Shown: one piece after another, positions 61,043 to 64,000 of the stretch
How the letters are laid out: every line of letters starts with the position of its first letter
Position numbering within the stretch: position 1 is the first letter of the stretch
From: Cyanophyceae cyanobacterium
GTDB lineage: Bacteria > Cyanobacteriota > Cyanobacteriia > Cyanobacteriales > Laspinemataceae
Length of the DNA stretch: 64,000 bases
NCBI GenBank assembly: GCA_038321985.1
Contig: JBBQFN010000001.1
Coordinates: forward strand, 416,001 to 480,000
Direction of reading: 5' to 3'
The notes under the pieces: model-generated
The model's database searches: none
What the model was told of the DNA's origin: nothing
The model's input: the letters and a program-made list of their open reading frames with translations, nothing else
Position numbers and translations under genes: made by a program

Positions 61043-62894
61043 AACTAGACCCTAATCCGGGCTGACTTTCTACCGTGATACTTCCCCCCATCATCCGACA
61101 GAAATTCTGACCGATCGCCAACCCTAAACCTGTCCCGCCATATTTTCGAGTATATTTCTCATCGGCTTGGACAAAAGGCTGAAATATTTTCTGAATTTGT
61201 TCATCAGTCATACCGATGCCGGTATCGGTTACCGTAAACACAAAAATCTCCGTATCGGGATTTGAGGGGGATTCTTCGCCAAAGGTGACTCCCGCGATGC
61301 GTTCCACGGAAAAGGTGATTTGACCATTTTGGGTAAACTTAGCGGCATTACTCAGCAGGTTGAGAAGCACCTGCTTAACCTTGCTGCGATCGGCAATCAT
61401 GGTCCCCAGTTCGTCCCCATACTTTACCTCAAATTGATTACCATTTTTAAGCATTGAAACTTGCGTATGGCTTTGAACTTCGGCAATGAGGGCGGCCATA
61501 TTAAACTTTTCTAAATACAGCTTCGTATGACCCGCTTCGATTTTAGAAATATCCAGAATATCACTGATAATCGTGAGCAAATGCAACCCAGATTGATGAA
61601 TTTGCTCTAAGTCACATACAAATTCCTCTAATCCCTCTTCCTGGGCTTGGTCCCGCAACAAGTCACTATACCCCAAAATCCCATTCAGAGGGGTTCGCAA
61701 CTCATGACTCATCGTGGCTAAAAACATACTTTTAGCATGGCTGGCGGCTTCTGCCGCTTCCTTGGCCTGTTCTAATTCTAATTGAGTTAATTTATTCCCC
61801 GTGATATCCCGGATAATTGCCAATACTTGTTGATGACCGCTGACTACCATCCGCACTTCAAAATAGCGGCGGGTTTCATTGATAAACCAATCATATTCAA
61901 AAATTTGGATATCATCGGTTTCCAAAGCAATTTGTACATATTTTAAATACAGACGGGCTAATCCTGGAGGCAAAATATTGTCTAGGTTTTGAGCTAATAA
62001 ATCCCCGGCAGGACGCAGCAGGGTATCGCCTCTTCCCCCCTTAAAATCCATGAAGGTCCCATCTTGGCTAAATTGCAACATTAAATCTGGAATCGCTTCA
62101 AGGAGGGCACGATTTTTCGCTTCACTTTGATGCAGGGCTTCTGCACGTTCCTCTAGGGTGGCGATCGAGGCTTTCAGTTGCTCAGTCATGCTATTAAAAG
62201 ATTCCGCCAGGAGGAAGAGTTCATCATGACTCCCAACTACAATCGTTTGATCGAGGTCTCCCTCAGCTAGGCGCTCAGTGGCAGCGGTCATTTCCTGTAG
62301 GGGTCTGGTGATGGAACGCGCCAGCACCAAGGCGAAGAGGGTTCCTACCAAGGTTGCGCTTACGGCAGCCATCATCCCTTGATTGCGAATTGCCACCATT
62401 TTTTCCCGCAAATCGGTGGTAGATAGGCCGATACTGACAGCTCCGAGTAACTGATCCTCTCGAATGACGGCTTTCCCCGCAACCAGGCGATCGCCTTGCC
62501 ATTGAAAAACGGTCTGGTTACTGTTAACCAGAATTAGTCCCAAGGCATCAGGTTCGGTATTGTAGCGCCAAATTTCATCGCTATAAATATCAGCAATCAG
62601 TCGTCCGTCCCGTCCATAGATGCGCCCAACTACCAACACTTGCTCGCTGCCAAGTTCTTGGAGAATTTCTTCTAAAAAATCTGTCTCTTGGCTTTGGAGT
62701 GCATGACCCGTGGTCACGGCTAAGGTGGTGAGTACAATTTCAGCCTTATTTTCGAGTTCGCTGCCGAAGTTTTGTTGGGTGCGACGAAGGAAAAGCCCGG
62801 TGACACTCCCCACGGTAACCACGGCTAACGTAGTCATCGCTAACGTTAGTTTACTGGCAAGGGAAAGACCTCTTCTCCTGTTAAAGATAACCAT
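60996..62894 (-). CDS. Membrane sensor histidine kinase (TM-periplasmic-TM-HAMP-PAS-HisKA-HATPase)
   Basis: Two TM segments, HAMP (ITRPL...DEL..LAESFN.M), [23 protein letters not shown]. Confidence 0.93.
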   Translation of the reverse strand: MVIFNRRRGLSLASKLTLAMTTLAVVTVGSVTGLFLRRTQQNFGSELENKAEIVLTTLAVTTGHALQSQETDFLEEILQELGSEQVLVVGRIYGRDGRLIADIYSDEIWRYNTEPDALGLILVNSNQTVFQWQGDRLVAGKAVIREDQLLGAVSIGLSTTDLREKMVAIRNQGMMAAVSATLVGTLFALVLARSITRPLQEMTAATERLAEGDLDQTIVVGSHDELFLLAESFNSMTEQLKASIATLEERAEALHQSEAKNRALLEAIPDLMLQFSQDGTFMDFKGGRGDTLLRPAGDLLAQNLDNILPPGLARLYLKYVQIALETDDIQIFEYDWFINETRRYFEVRMVVSGHQQVLAIIRDITGNKLTQLELEQAKEAAEAASHAKSMFLATMSHELRTPLNGILGYSDLLRDQAQEEGLEEFVCDLEQIHQSGLHLLTIISDILDISKIEAGHTKLYLEKFNMAALIAEVQSHTQVSMLKNGNQFEVKYGDELGTMIADRSKVKQVLLNLLSNAAKFTQNGQITFSVERIAGVTFGEESPSNPDTEIFVFTVTDTGIGMTDEQIQKIFQPFVQADEKYTRKYGGTGLGLAIGQNFCRMMGGSITVESQPGLGSSFTCRLPAVVQKPEKV

Positions 62895-62899
62895 GCCCC

Positions 62900-63256
62900 T
62901 TACCTATGTTTTACCCATAAATATAACTCCGGCATTTTGACCCTACACTGAGACGGAGCAAATCTATCCATTTGGGCAGGCGTGCTCACCGGAAGGAGTA
63001 GAACTTGGGCCTTAACTCTTTCGAGTATATCGGAGGGGGGAGAAGAGAGGGTCACCGGGTGACTCCCCAGAACATTGCAGCCGCGATCGCCGTCGGTCGG
63101 GGGTACCGTCGTGTTACTTAAGGGTGAGATGTCCGGAAAGGATGCAACTGTGGATTGACAACCCCAACTGATTGCTGTGGCAGTCGCACCCCCCCGAGTA
63201 ATGGCTCTTAAGTGGTTTTTGAGCATGAGGTTACGGTTTGGGTTTATCAAATTCAT
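62900..63256 (-). CDS. Possible small hypothetical protein upstream of the kinase
   Basis: 118-aa ORF ending 5 nt before the kinase ATG; weak lipobox-like AISWGC; no recognisable family. Confidence 0.3.
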   Translation of the reverse strand: MNLINPNRNLMLKNHLRAITRGGATATAISWGCQSTVASFPDISPLSNTTVPPTDGDRGCNVLGSHPVTLSSPPSDILERVKAQVLLLPVSTPAQMDRFAPSQCRVKMPELYLWVKHR

Positions 63257-64000
63257 GGGTGTAAAGCCCGGTCCTTCGTGAGACGGCGTTTAATCGAGGT
63301 GTTACCATTGCCTATGTCCACCTCCTTTAAGTTAGCACTGCCTACCCTGGGGCACAGGGCCTCAGTTAAACAGTTCTGGAGAGATCCCCTCTAGCCAGGG
63401 TGGGGAAACCCCGCACTATTAGAAAAGTTGCTTCCCGAAGAAAATTAAGCCTAATGCTTAGAATCCCTGTCTATTCAGAGCGCCGAGGATGTCAACCCCT
63501 AGTTTTTTAATATTACTACTCGGCAAATTAGTCGTTTTTTTGGCAGCAAACATCCGGTTTCTGGTCTCCTTGATCTACTCCTGAATCGATGACTGAAACG
63601 ATCGCCCCTCGCCCCTGTCAGCTTTCCCGTTCTGAAGTAGGGGCGATCGCGAGTGTTAATACTCACGGATTCCCCTGGATCCGACCAGAGTGACTGCCCT
63701 GTGAAGTCAATCCGATGGAAAATACTGAAACTATTCGACCATTCTACCAAATCCCTCGGACCCCATGCCGAGTCTATCCCTACTCAGTAATTTTACGGGG
63801 TTTTTTCCAGGTCTCCAAAAAATTTACAGGGGTCGGGTTTTTCTCCAATTCCTGTGGGTAAGTTTTGCACCCAAGGCGATCGCCCGGGTCCATTTCCTGG
63901 GAAAAGCCCAGGCTAATTATACTTAATCCACGGCCCAGGATACATTCTTCGGGGGGTTAACCGTGACCGGGAGACATACGGTGAAAGTCGAACCAATCTC

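Larger units (their letters stand above)
1..64000. repeat. HIP1 octamer GCGATCGC dispersed throughout
   Basis: Very frequent GCGATCGC in genes and intergenic DNA (e.g. 21, 660, 5151, 6468, 16292, 19750). None seen in the ISAs1 transposase. Confidence 0.97.

Overview
This is a 64-kb chromosomal segment from a cyanobacterium. HIP1 octamers (GCGATCGC) are very dense, and the repeat families and gene set suggest a filamentous Oscillatoriales-type strain (inference). Most of it is core or housekeeping genes: an ABC-F ATPase, TenA, cyclophilin, a THUMP methyltransferase, prolyl oligopeptidase, GH57, ccmS, purT, pyk, murJ, a two-domain PPK2, pyrH-frr, a BicA-like SulP, sfsA and trmFO. There are six sensor or hybrid histidine kinases. 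Three of these carry bilin-binding GAF motifs: a CcaS/RcaE-type green/red GAF, a knotless phytochrome with an added CBCR GAF, and a red/green-type CBCR. An ISAs1 element near 58.1-59.3 kb abuts a broken SNF2-helicase remnant. The most unusual items are: (i) a gene missing from the ORF track (990->1, minus strand, running off the window) that fuses a tyrosine-recombinase core-binding-like domain, a TM helix and a lambda-type lysozyme; (ii) a secreted protein made of about 26 VNPG-Q-rich repeats; (iii) an adenylate-forming enzyme homolog with degenerate ATP-binding and catalytic motifs; (iv) photoreceptor GAFs with non-canonical motifs or context; and (v) several REP/MITE-like palindromic repeat families. 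No rRNA, tRNA or CRISPR array was recognised. All calls come from reading motifs by eye; no database searches were run.
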